From positions 1 to 64,000 of the forward strand of contig JAWBRA010000007.1 in assembly GCA_038844785.1 (NCBI GenBank): a stretch of 64,000 bases of DNA, written 5' to 3'. The position numbers and the translations under genes were made by a program. This stretch comes from Candidatus Caldarchaeum sp. GTDB taxonomy: Archaea; Thermoproteota; Nitrososphaeria_A; Caldarchaeales; Caldarchaeaceae. The notes below the pieces were generated by a model. The model had not been told where the DNA came from and did not search any database. It saw nothing but the letters and a program-made list of their open reading frames with translations. This document shows positions 20,980 through 30,571 of the stretch, piece after piece (within the stretch, counting starts at the first letter, position 1; every line of letters starts with the position of its first letter).

Positions 20980-21819
20980 ATGGAGCTGGGGTATCTTCAT
21001 CTCCCGCGCATAAACGTTGAAATAGCCAAAACAGCTGAGGAGGCGTTAAAACTGCTTGAGCAAGATGGGGAGATAGGGATTTTGGCGGGAGGCACGTACA
21101 CGATCTCCGAACTTATCCAGGGAAAGACCAAGCTCAGAAGGTTCATCGACATTTCAAGGGTTGAGGAGCTTGCTCAGCTCCATGAGGAAGACGGCAAAGT
21201 CACTGCAGGACCTTTGGTCACGCACGCAGAACTTAGTAGGAGACTTGGGGATAAAATCCCTGCTTTGAAAAAGTTCTGGAAAACCTACTCAGCGCCTGCT
21301 GTTGCCAACCGTGCAACGCTGGGAGGAAGCATGATGCTGCGAAAACCGTCGGAAGACCTCATACCTATAATGCTGGTGTTGGATGCAGAGCTGAGCTTTT
21401 TAACGGCCGGTGGTGAGAGAAGGCTCAAGCTAAACGACTTCATGACGGAAAAAGCCTCACCAAAGATGTTGTTAACATCTGTTTCCTTCGAAGAAAGCAA
21501 GACATGCTATTTCGACAAGCTTTGGCTAGGTGTTTCACGTATTCCGATAATTTCTGTTGCGTTGGATATCAGGGTTGGTGAAAAGGTGGAGATGGTGCGT
21601 GTTGCCGTATCCCATGAGGACGGAGACCTGCCGAACCGAGTTTACGCTGTCGAGAGTTTTCTCAAGGGACGTGTTTTAGACGACAGAATAATAGCTAAAG
21701 CATCTCATCAACTGAGCCAGAGCATCAACCCCTCGTCCGACATCATAGCCCCTGCATGGTATAGGCGTGAGGCTGCAGCGGTCCTCTTCAAAAGGCTGCT
21801 GAAAGAGGCTGTAGGCTGA
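20980..21819 (+). CDS. Mo-hydroxylase FAD-binding subunit (XdhB/CoxM-like)
   Basis: LAGGT, NRATLGG, P.SDI.APAWYRR; some motifs divergent. Confidence 0.85.
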   Translation: MELGYLHLPRINVEIAKTAEEALKLLEQDGEIGILAGGTYTISELIQGKTKLRRFIDISRVEELAQLHEEDGKVTAGPLVTHAELSRRLGDKIPALKKFWKTYSAPAVANRATLGGSMMLRKPSEDLIPIMLVLDAELSFLTAGGERRLKLNDFMTEKASPKMLLTSVSFEESKTCYFDKLWLGVSRIPIISVALDIRVGEKVEMVRVAVSHEDGDLPNRVYAVESFLKGRVLDDRIIAKASHQLSQSINPSSDIIAPAWYRREAAAVLFKRLLKEAVG

Positions 21820-22280
21820 TGGCTCTGCAGGTCCGGTTCAAGGTTAACGGCGTCAACTATTCGCTTGATGTGGCGCCTAACGAAAGGTTGAGCGATGTTT
21901 TACGTGTTAGGCTCGGGTTTATGGGGGTTAAGGAGGGCTGCGGCGTCGGCGACTGCGGGCTCTGCATAGTTTTGATGGACAGCAAACCCGTAAACTCGTG
22001 TTTGGTTCTAGCCTACCAGGCCGACGGACATAAAATAGAGACGGTGGAGTCGTTAGGAGGAGACGGTAAGCTTCACCCGCTCCAGAAAGCCTTCGTAGAC
22101 GTTGGAGCGGTTCAGTGCGGGTTCTGCATCCCAGCCGTTCTTCTGGTTTTGAAAAACCTGCTGGACACCAACCCGTCAGCCTCCCAAGACGAAGTGAGAT
22201 ACGCGTTGAGAAGTGTTCTCTGCAGGTGCGGAAGCTACCTAAGGTTTTTAGAGGCGTTTGAAACTGTGAGGCGCAGATGA
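21819..22280 (+). CDS. Mo-hydroxylase 2Fe-2S subunit (XdhC/CoxS-like)
   Basis: GCGVGDCGLC, NSC, QCGFC, CRCGSY. Confidence 0.93.
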   Translation: MALQVRFKVNGVNYSLDVAPNERLSDVLRVRLGFMGVKEGCGVGDCGLCIVLMDSKPVNSCLVLAYQADGHKIETVESLGGDGKLHPLQKAFVDVGAVQCGFCIPAVLLVLKNLLDTNPSASQDEVRYALRSVLCRCGSYLRFLEAFETVRRR

Positions 22281-24607
22281 GCGAGGAAATAATCCAACGT
22301 TTTAAGGAGATTTTGCAAGCTCGCGAGTTTCTTGTCGTTGGCAGGAAGGTTGCTAGGGTAGATGCGTTAGACGCTGTTCTCGGAAAACCAGTCTACACAG
22401 CCGATCTCGTTGTTGAAAAACCTTTGTATGTTAAAGCCGTAAGGTCTAAGCTTCCACACGCCTACATAAAGGGAATGGATTTCAGCAGGGTTGAGAAGAA
22501 GCAAGGTGTTAGGAAAGTAATCACACATCGCGACATACCCGGAGTGAATGATGCAGGAAGCCTTATACCCGACAGACCCCTCCTCGCAGTCGACAAGGTT
22601 AGGCATGTAGGGGAGGCTATGGCGCTAATCGTGGCAGACACAATCGAAGATGCTGAAGAAGCAGTAGACCTTGTAGATGTTTACTACGAGCCTCTTCCCG
22701 TTGTCTCGAACCCACGTGACGCAATGAAACCCGACGCCCCCAGAATCCAGGACAGGGACAACATAGTAACACACTTCAAGATAAGGAAAGGAGACGTCGA
22801 TAAAGGCTTGCGGGAATCAGACACAATAATAGAAAGAACGTACAAAACCCCTTTCATCACAGGACTGCCTCTTGAAATAGAGATCGCCTACGCATACCCT
22901 GACGGCGACGGAAGAATAACATGCATATCATCGATGCAGAACCTTTACGATGTTTACAACAAGGTTTTGAAGATCCTCGGGCTTCCAGCGGATAGGCTGC
23001 GTGTTGTCCAAGCAACCACGGGAGGAGGATTTGGCCCCAAGTCGGATGAAACACCGATAGACGTTGCAGCCTACGCGTGTCTCGCAACCTACTTCACCGG
23101 CAAGCCCTCTCTGGCGGCTTTCACACGAAGCGAAGCCATGACCGTCCAGTGCAAAAGACACGCCTTCGAGATAACCAACGTTGTAGGAGCTTCCAAGAAC
23201 GGCAGACTTCTGGCTTGGAAATCAACTCTGTTAGAGGATACAGGTGCATACGTTTCGAAAGGACATCTGGTTATAGGCAGAGCGACATTCCACTGCACAG
23301 GCCCCTACGAGGTACCCAACGTATGGGCTGACGGCTACTGTGTTCTGACAAACAATACGATGGCAGGGTCGACAAGAGGGTTCGGAGCACCCCAAGCCCA
23401 TTTTGCAGCTGAGATGACAATGAACGAACTGGCTGAAGAACTAGGGCTCTCACCCCTCGAGATACGTGAAATCAATATTCTGAGGCCCGGGTCTTTGACA
23501 GCAACAAGCCAAAAAATAGAGGATGACGGGCTTATACAATGCTACCGGCGTGCGGTTGAGACATCATGGTGGGAGAGGAAAACTCGCATGTTCGAAGAGT
23601 TCAACAGGAACAGCAGTAAACATAAGAAAGGGATCGCCATCGCTCTTCTCTACCACGGCAACACACTCGGTCCTGAGGGAGATGATTTCGCGACTGTTTT
23701 GACAAAAGTTGAGAAGGATGGACTGGTCGTCCTGCAGACAGGGTTGACGGAGTATGGCACGGGGGCTTTGACCTCGCTTGTCTTGGTGACAGCTGAAACT
23801 TTAGGGTTGCCGCCGCACATGATTAGGCTTGAAAGACCCGACACAGCAGCTGTGCCCAACTCAGGCCCCACCGTGGCTTCGAGGACCACGGTCATAGGTG
23901 GAATGGCTGCCTTGGATGCGGCGCTGAAGATAAGGGCTGCAGTGGCGTCGGTTGCTGCTAAACTGTTGAAAGCCGACCCAGCTAAACTCGACTTCAGAGA
24001 CGGCTACATATGGAGTAGCTCAGGTATGTCGATAGCATGGGTTGACGCTGTTCGACAATGCTATGAAGAAGGTTTAGAGCTTAAAGCATTGGGTCATTAC
24101 ATTGCGCCTCCGACTAAATGGGACCCTGAAACAGGGCAGGGAGCTCCCTACAACCAGTACACTTACGGCGCGCTTGTGGCGGAGGTGACGGTAGACGTGG
24201 AGACAGGGTTTGTCAAGGTTGACAGGCTGACAGCGGCTTACGACGTTGGAAAAGCCATAAACCCGTTGGGGCTTGTCGCCGTCTACGAGGGTGGAAGCAT
24301 AATGGGGTTGGGTTATGCTTTGCTCGAGGAGATAATCCATGAAAGAGGTTATGTCTTAAACCCGAGCCTCCACACATTCATAATCCCAACGGCTTCAGAG
24401 GCGCCGGAGAAAATAGAGAGCATTATAGTTGAGGTCCCTGGATCTATGGGTGTTTTTGGAGCGAAGGCTATGGGTGAGATTCCTGTTGTTCTTCCTGCGG
24501 CTGCGATAGCAGGGGCTGTTGCTAACGCCACAGGCGTTTACGTCAGGGAGCTGCCGCTGAGGCCCGACCGTGTGCTTGCAGCTCTGAGACAGCGAAAGGA
24601 AACATAA
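22277..24607 (+). CDS. Xanthine dehydrogenase-family molybdopterin-binding subunit
   Basis: GGGFGPK, TRGFGAPQ, PNSGPTVASR, DVGKAINP, GAKAMGE. Confidence 0.92.
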   Translation: MSEEIIQRFKEILQAREFLVVGRKVARVDALDAVLGKPVYTADLVVEKPLYVKAVRSKLPHAYIKGMDFSRVEKKQGVRKVITHRDIPGVNDAGSLIPDRPLLAVDKVRHVGEAMALIVADTIEDAEEAVDLVDVYYEPLPVVSNPRDAMKPDAPRIQDRDNIVTHFKIRKGDVDKGLRESDTIIERTYKTPFITGLPLEIEIAYAYPDGDGRITCISSMQNLYDVYNKVLKILGLPADRLRVVQATTGGGFGPKSDETPIDVAAYACLATYFTGKPSLAAFTRSEAMTVQCKRHAFEITNVVGASKNGRLLAWKSTLLEDTGAYVSKGHLVIGRATFHCTGPYEVPNVWADGYCVLTNNTMAGSTRGFGAPQAHFAAEMTMNELAEELGLSPLEIREINILRPGSLTATSQKIEDDGLIQCYRRAVETSWWERKTRMFEEFNRNSSKHKKGIAIALLYHGNTLGPEGDDFATVLTKVEKDGLVVLQTGLTEYGTGALTSLVLVTAETLGLPPHMIRLERPDTAAVPNSGPTVASRTTVIGGMAALDAALKIRAAVASVAAKLLKADPAKLDFRDGYIWSSSGMSIAWVDAVRQCYEEGLELKALGHYIAPPTKWDPETGQGAPYNQYTYGALVAEVTVDVETGFVKVDRLTAAYDVGKAINPLGLVAVYEGGSIMGLGYALLEEIIHERGYVLNPSLHTFIIPTASEAPEKIESIIVEVPGSMGVFGAKAMGEIPVVLPAAAIAGAVANATGVYVRELPLRPDRVLAALRQRKET

Positions 24608-24637
24608 CTCTTTAAACCACGACTTTGCTTTAACGCC

Positions 24638-25657
24638 ATGACCCTGGCTGAACTGTACGGGAGAGACCTGATATCCTCACAGGACTGGAGCGTCGAGGAG
24701 ATAGAGGCTACAATGGAGCTTGCGCGAAGCCTCAAGATAGGTAAAGCTGTTGGCGACGTCCCCGAACTTTTCAAAAACAGGACGATGTTCATGCTTTTCT
24801 ACAACACGTCTACGAGGACGAGGGCAAGTTTCGAAGCCGCGGCAACAATGCTTGGCGGCCACGCGCAGTTCATAGACTTTGCAACAACACGGGGAGCGGA
24901 GGGAGAGTCTGTTAAAGACATGGCTAAGATGTACGAAAGGCTTGGGCATGTTCTTGGGGTGCGGATTCTAGAATCGGCTGTCGACTATGTTTACGGAAGA
25001 GGTAACGCTGTTGTGAGAGAGTATGCGGAGCATGCTCGAATCCCTGTCATAAACATGGCCGACGACATGTACCATCCCAGCCAAGCTATCACAGACCTTT
25101 ACACGTTGAGGGAGAAGCTGGGAAAGGTTGAGAAAAAGAAGTACGTTCTGATGTGGGCGTACAGCGACAAAGTTAGAAGCTGGGGAAGCATACAGGACGA
25201 GCTCCTGATAGCAACAAGGTTCGGCATGGACGTGGTGCTAGCATACCCGCCCGGCTTTGACATAGACCAGAAAATCGTCGAGCAAGCACGTAGAAATGCT
25301 GGCGAAAGCGGCGGCTTCCTCGAAATTTCCCACGATTACAAAACGGCTCTGCAGGGAGCTGACGCAGTCTTTCCCCGCAGCTGGGCCAGCCATGAATGCG
25401 TAATGACCGGATTGAATAGGTTCGGCCGCGAAAAAGAGATAGAGTTGCATAACAGGTACAAGGACTGGCGGCTGACTAAAACGCTGACAGACCTGATGTC
25501 TAAGCACGGCGTCGTAACCCATGTTTTGCCTGTTTTCAGAGGGCAGGAGGCTGACGACGACGTCATGGACGGTCCCCGCAGCGTTATCTACGACCAGGCT
25601 GAAAACCTGCTGTATGTAAGAGCTGCGATTCTCGCGTTGGTTGCGGGAAGGGTTTAA
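24638..25657 (+). CDS. Carbamoyltransferase, YgeW/knotted-type (non-canonical OTCase family)
   Basis: STRTRASF, HPSQ, MWAYS, RFGMDVVLAYPPGF, FPRSW; HVLP replaces HCLP. Confidence 0.8.
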   Translation: MTLAELYGRDLISSQDWSVEEIEATMELARSLKIGKAVGDVPELFKNRTMFMLFYNTSTRTRASFEAAATMLGGHAQFIDFATTRGAEGESVKDMAKMYERLGHVLGVRILESAVDYVYGRGNAVVREYAEHARIPVINMADDMYHPSQAITDLYTLREKLGKVEKKKYVLMWAYSDKVRSWGSIQDELLIATRFGMDVVLAYPPGFDIDQKIVEQARRNAGESGGFLEISHDYKTALQGADAVFPRSWASHECVMTGLNRFGREKEIELHNRYKDWRLTKTLTDLMSKHGVVTHVLPVFRGQEADDDVMDGPRSVIYDQAENLLYVRAAILALVAGRV

Positions 25658-26613
25658 GGGGGTACTACGTGTGTTCCCGCCCTCCCCTCAATAGCCTCCT
25701 TGAGCTGCGACAGCTCCGCGATGATGGCCTCTTTTCCGCCTGCTTCAACAAACCTTATGCACGCCAGAACCTTTGGTAACATGCTTCCAGAACCGAAATG
25801 ACCCTGCTCCAAGTATTTCTTCATTTCCTGTGCTGATACTTTTTCAAGCCTTCTCTGTGTTGGCTTTCCGAAGTCTAGGTAGGCGCCGTCAACATCCGTC
25901 AGTATGATGAACCTGCTGGCTTGGATGAGCTCCGCAAGCTTCTCGCCGGCCAGGTCCTTGTCGATGACTGCCTCAACTCCTGAAGCCCTTCCGTCTTCCT
26001 CGATGATAGGGATTCCACCGCCTCCGCTGGCAACCACTATGAACCCAGCGTCAACCAAAGTTCTTATCGCACGACGCTCAGCGATTATCTTTGGTTCTGG
26101 CGACGGCACCACCCTACGCCATCCACCACGAGCCTTGTCCTCAGCAAAAACATACTCTGGATGCTCAGCTTTTATCTTCTCCATCTCCTCCTTACTGTAG
26201 AAAGGTCCGATAGGCTTGGTTGGGTTTTTGAAGGCTGGGTCGTCTTTGTCAACGATAACACGCGTAACCACCGTTATTACGTATTTGTCTATTCCACGTC
26301 TTTTGAGCTCGTTGCGTAGGTTTTGCTGGATGATGTAGCCTATGAACCCCTGTGTCTCAGCGCCGCATGCATCCATCGGAAAAGCGGGTATGCTATATAA
26401 TTTTTGACCAGCATCGTGACGTAGCAGTGTCGCACCCACCTGCGGACCGTTGCCGTGCGTTATGACAAGCTTGTAACCCTTTTCAACCAAGTCTGCGAGA
26501 TAGACCGCCGTCGAAGCCACGTTTTTGTACTGCTCTTCAAAGGAGCCTTTGTCTCCTCGTCTTAGCAGGGCGTTGCCACCCAAAGCCACAACAACAAGCT
26601 CTTCGTTTGCCAT
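25654..26613 (-). CDS. arcC: Carbamate kinase
   Basis: VALGGNAL, THGNGPQVG, PTKPIGPFY, RRVVPSP, GGGGIP, EAVIDKD, GSMLPKV. Confidence 0.97.
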   Translation of the reverse strand: MANEELVVVALGGNALLRRGDKGSFEEQYKNVASTAVYLADLVEKGYKLVITHGNGPQVGATLLRHDAGQKLYSIPAFPMDACGAETQGFIGYIIQQNLRNELKRRGIDKYVITVVTRVIVDKDDPAFKNPTKPIGPFYSKEEMEKIKAEHPEYVFAEDKARGGWRRVVPSPEPKIIAERRAIRTLVDAGFIVVASGGGGIPIIEEDGRASGVEAVIDKDLAGEKLAELIQASRFIILTDVDGAYLDFGKPTQRRLEKVSAQEMKKYLEQGHFGSGSMLPKVLACIRFVEAGGKEAIIAELSQLKEAIEGRAGTHVVPP

Positions 26614-26633
26614 ACACCGTATCTTTAAGGCTT

Positions 26634-27875
26634 TTATAAAAACCTCTTAAGCTCTCCAAGATCTGGGTTTATTAGAGGCAGCTCTATCTGAGATGCGGCC
26701 TTTTCAGGCTCTTTTAATCCAGACCCCGTGACGAGGATGACGACTTCATCGCTGGGGTCGAGGAAGCCTTGTTCCAGGAGTTTTTTTGCTGCGGCAACTC
26801 CCACCGCTCCTGAAGGTTCTGCGAAAATACCTTCGAGGCCTGCCAGCTGTCGGACTGACTCCCTAATCTCATCTTCCTCAACAGCCTCAGCCCAGCCTCT
26901 TGTGGTCTTAACCGCTTCCATCGCCGCGTCGCCATCCCACGGGAACGGGTCCAGCAGGCCTGACGCGATAGACCTAGGATGTTTCTCGGCGGTTATTTCC
27001 GCGAACCTTTTTCCTTCTTTGATAGCCCTAACTAGCGGCTGGTTGCCCGATGGCTGGACCGGTATTATTTTTGGATACTGGTCTATGAGACCCAGCCGCA
27101 TCAGGTCGCGCAGCCCTTTCCAGACTCCTGTGGCAAGACAGCCTGAGCCTGTGGGTATTATTAGGGCGTCTGGAACCAGCCAACCCATCTGCTCTACAAC
27201 TTCGTAAGCTATCGTCTTAGGTCCTTCAACCTGGTATGGGTTGAAGGGGCCGAAGCTTGGACAGGGATACCATCCAAGGTTTTTAACGGTCTGCAGCATC
27301 AAGTCTACTGTTGGGTCTCTACCCTCTTGAACCTGCCTGACGCGAAAAACCTTGGCTCCATAGAGAATCAGCTGAGATGCTTTGCCAGTTGCGATGTCTT
27401 CGGGAACGAAGGCGTGGCATCTGAGCCCGAGGGAGGCGCTGTAAGCCGCCAGGGATGATGCTGCGTTTCCGCTGGAAGCAATCACAACATCTCTCCTGCC
27501 AATTTCAACGGCTTTGGCCGCCCCCACTGACATTGCTCTGTCCTTGAAAGAGGCCGTCGGATTCCGTGTCTCATCCTTGAGCAGAAGATGTTTAAACCCA
27601 AGACGTTCTCCAAGCTTTGAAGCTTTCAATAGAGGTGTATCACCCTCCAGCAAAGGAGATGCAAAACGTTTGTCGGCAGGCATGAGCTCCCAATAACGCC
27701 AAACACCATTCCTCGGCCTCTTTGAAACCTGCTTGCGTGAAAAGCTTTCGGAGATTTTTGCATAGTCGTATAAGATGTCCAGCCTGCCGTAGTCTTGCTT
27801 TCTGCACATCAACGGATTCTGACTATAATCGTATGTTTCTCCACAGCGGGAGCAGACTATCTTTTCGACAAACAT
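26634..27875 (-). CDS. Threonine synthase-like PLP enzyme (fold type II)
   Basis: EGDTPL, NPTASFKDR, ASSGNAA, EGPKT, PTGSG, EPSGA, TGSGLK. Confidence 0.85.
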   Translation of the reverse strand: MFVEKIVCSRCGETYDYSQNPLMCRKQDYGRLDILYDYAKISESFSRKQVSKRPRNGVWRYWELMPADKRFASPLLEGDTPLLKASKLGERLGFKHLLLKDETRNPTASFKDRAMSVGAAKAVEIGRRDVVIASSGNAASSLAAYSASLGLRCHAFVPEDIATGKASQLILYGAKVFRVRQVQEGRDPTVDLMLQTVKNLGWYPCPSFGPFNPYQVEGPKTIAYEVVEQMGWLVPDALIIPTGSGCLATGVWKGLRDLMRLGLIDQYPKIIPVQPSGNQPLVRAIKEGKRFAEITAEKHPRSIASGLLDPFPWDGDAAMEAVKTTRGWAEAVEEDEIRESVRQLAGLEGIFAEPSGAVGVAAAKKLLEQGFLDPSDEVVILVTGSGLKEPEKAASQIELPLINPDLGELKRFL

Positions 27876-27886
27876 GCCTACATTAC

Positions 27887-28370
27887 TTAAATTCGCGTGA
27901 TGTTAAACCTGCATGCTTTAAACCCCATTACTCTACACTCTTTCTCGACGGTTTCGAACTTTGCGTCGTAGAGGGATTCGGCTATTCCGTTGAGAATTCC
28001 CGACAAGAAATAGCAGTTCGGTGAATCTCTTCTCACAGACCCATCGCAGAAGACGCAATTCGTCATAACAACCTCTAAGCTCCATGAGGTTGCTATGTTG
28101 TTAGCCACTTCGGGAACCCCCCCAGCCCGCCTTGAAAGCTGAAGCAACGAGCGTTTTTATCGCTTCATCCGGCGATTTAGGCATCATCCGTGTTTTTCTC
28201 CCCAAGGCTAATCCATATCTATGACCTATGTTCCACATCAGCGCGTCCGCAACAGGTCTGGACATAGCTTCTCCAAGAAGGCTAATCATTTCGTTGAAAG
28301 TCTTGGCTGAGAGCATAAAGACTCTTCCACCAAGCATAGTATCGTGAATCTCAGACTCAGAAGAGGCCAT
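27887..28370 (-). pseudogene. V4R-domain protein, frameshifted at a G7 tract
   Basis: ORFs 28101-28370 and 27887-28147 join if G7 (28117-28123) is G6, giving AGWGVPEV...CYFLSGILNG...EKECRVMGFKACRF. Confidence 0.8.
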
Positions 28371-28431
28371 CTTTAATCAGTTAATTTTTGTTTGTTATTA
28401 AAGTTTGGTAGAGAGGCTGGTGAGGGAAATG

Positions 28432-29460
28432 TTACCGTATTATTTCCAGCTTACCCAAATATTTTGACCTCATCTCCGCAGTGTATTCGTCCAACGGATG
28501 TTCACGCTCGGGTATGGCTGCTTTTTTCCCCGGCCCGAAAACCTCTGTCGAGAGATAGCGGTTACCCGAGTCGTTTATCATGGTAACTATTTTCCTAAGC
28601 TCTGGGTGTTTTCTCGCAACCTTGATGGCTGCTACGATATTGCATCCTGAAGATATTCCGCAGAAAAGTCCTTCAAAACGTGCCAGCTTCCTAGTCATCT
28701 CTATCGCCTCGTCTGATGAAACGGTTACTACGCCGTCGATGACGCTCAAGTCTAGGTTGCGTGGAATAAACCCGTCGCCTATGCCCTCTATTTTGTGGGA
28801 GCCCCATCTTCCGTCGGCTATTACCGAGGCCTCGCTTGGTTCTGCCGTGTAGACTTTCACCGAGGGTTTTTTGTTTTTAAGAAACCTGCCAACACCCGAT
28901 ACAGTTCCCCCAGAACCCTGCGACATGACGAAACACTCCACCGTTCCGTCTGTCTGCTCCCATATCTCAGGACCCGTCGTCTTTATGTGGGCTTGGATGT
29001 TGTCGGGGTTTGTGAACTGGTTGGGGAACCAGTATTTCCCTGGGTTGGAAGCCATCATCGACTCGGCCTTTTTCAAGCTCAGGTCGACGTCGCTTTCTCC
29101 TCCGGGGGTGAAGACAAGCTCTCCTCCAAAAGCCTTTATCAACTGCTTCCTCTCCTCGCTCATCCCCTCAGGCATGACTATTGTGACCTTGTAGCCGAGA
29201 TGCGTGCCTACAAAGCTGCATGCTATGCCTGCGTTCCCCGTCGACACCTCGAGTATCTCCATGTTAGGCCTTAGGTCGCCTCTCTCGATAGCTTTCGTAA
29301 TCATCTCACGGTATATCCTGTCTTTGAGGCTTCCCGAAGGGTTGTAGAATTCAAGCTTTGCGTAGATTTCAGCCTGCACACCTGCTTGCTGAGGTATCTT
29401 GGAGAGTTTGATGAGCGGTGTGCTGCCTATGATGTCAAGAATGTCTTCCGCAACCTTCAT
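28432..29460 (-). CDS. Cysteine synthase-like PLP enzyme
   Basis: IGSTPL, NPSGSLKDR, NQFTNPDN, TTGPEI, HKIEGIG, RYLST; substrate loop reads STGNAG. Confidence 0.85.
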   Translation of the reverse strand: MKVAEDILDIIGSTPLIKLSKIPQQAGVQAEIYAKLEFYNPSGSLKDRIYREMITKAIERGDLRPNMEILEVSTGNAGIACSFVGTHLGYKVTIVMPEGMSEERKQLIKAFGGELVFTPGGESDVDLSLKKAESMMASNPGKYWFPNQFTNPDNIQAHIKTTGPEIWEQTDGTVECFVMSQGSGGTVSGVGRFLKNKKPSVKVYTAEPSEASVIADGRWGSHKIEGIGDGFIPRNLDLSVIDGVVTVSSDEAIEMTRKLARFEGLFCGISSGCNIVAAIKVARKHPELRKIVTMINDSGNRYLSTEVFGPGKKAAIPEREHPLDEYTAEMRSKYLGKLEIIR

Positions 29461-30536
29461 CTTTTTCTTCCCATGACCATGGACATGACCGCTTTCTGGA
29501 CGTGGAGCCTGTTCTCAGCCTGCTGGAAGTAAAGCGAATAACTTGGGTTGTCGATAACCTCGTCCACCACTTCCTGACCTCTGTCAGCCGGGCCGCAGTG
29601 CATGTATTTCCCCTTGTTCGTCAAATCCATGAGCTCCGGCGTGCATATCCAGCTCTTGAACTGATCCTGATATTTCGTCGCCCCTTCTTTGTCGACGGTG
29701 CTGTTGTATGGTGGGAAGAATTTCTTCGGAGACCATGCTTTAGGATACACGAAGTCAGCTCCCTCAAACGCTTCCTTCATGTCGTTTGTAACGGTGAAGG
29801 AGCCTCCGTATGTCTCGACGTTCTTTCTACACGCCTCTAAGACATGGTCTTCAAGCTCGAATCCAGGCGGGTGGGCGAGCACGACATCCATGCCGAACTG
29901 CGTGCCTATCAGTATGCAGCTCTGGGGGACGGCGAGAGGCTTCAACCCACCCGAATACGCGTATGAAACAACAAATTTCTTTCCACGGGGTTTAGGGGTT
30001 ACGTCGGTTATTGCCATGATGTCTGCAAGAGCCTGAAACGGATGATAGACGTCGTCCTCCATGTTCAACACAGGTATCGAGCTCCATTTGGCGAACTCTT
30101 GGATGACACGGTGGCCTCTCCCTATATGCCATTTAGCGGCGTCGCCGTAGATTCTAACGGCTATGGCGTCGCCGTAAGTGCTGAGAACACGTGCCACGTC
30201 GGCGATCGACTCAGTTTGATACGGAATCATGTCTTCCGGGAGCGTTGGAGTGTATACGTCTGAGGGGTTCAGAAAGTGGGCGTGTCCGCCGAGCTGGTAA
30301 ATGCCTGCCTCGAAGGAGTTTCGTGTTCGCAGCGACCTGTTGTAAAAAATCATAAAGAGCGTCTGTCCTTTGAGAAACTCCGTGGCTTTTTTCGCCTTAA
30401 ACCTCTCCCTCAAATCCCTCGCCGCCTTCAAGATATCGTTGATTTGTTCCTGGCTGAAGTCGTTTGTGTTTAGGAAATCTTTGCCCTGCAGAGCGCCTAC
30501 GTATGCGGGTTTTCCAACAGCCTTACGTCTTGCCAT
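29457..30536 (-). CDS. Carbamoyltransferase, YgeW-like
   Basis: SLRTRNSF, HPFQ, YAYSGGLKPLAVPQS (YgeW-like), FGMDVVLAHPPGF, YPKAW, MHCGPADRG; likely start ATG 30536. Confidence 0.85.
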   Translation of the reverse strand: MARRKAVGKPAYVGALQGKDFLNTNDFSQEQINDILKAARDLRERFKAKKATEFLKGQTLFMIFYNRSLRTRNSFEAGIYQLGGHAHFLNPSDVYTPTLPEDMIPYQTESIADVARVLSTYGDAIAVRIYGDAAKWHIGRGHRVIQEFAKWSSIPVLNMEDDVYHPFQALADIMAITDVTPKPRGKKFVVSYAYSGGLKPLAVPQSCILIGTQFGMDVVLAHPPGFELEDHVLEACRKNVETYGGSFTVTNDMKEAFEGADFVYPKAWSPKKFFPPYNSTVDKEGATKYQDQFKSWICTPELMDLTNKGKYMHCGPADRGQEVVDEVIDNPSYSLYFQQAENRLHVQKAVMSMVMGRKR

Positions 30537-30571
30537 GCTTGCTACATGAGAATAGATAGATTTTAAGGTTG

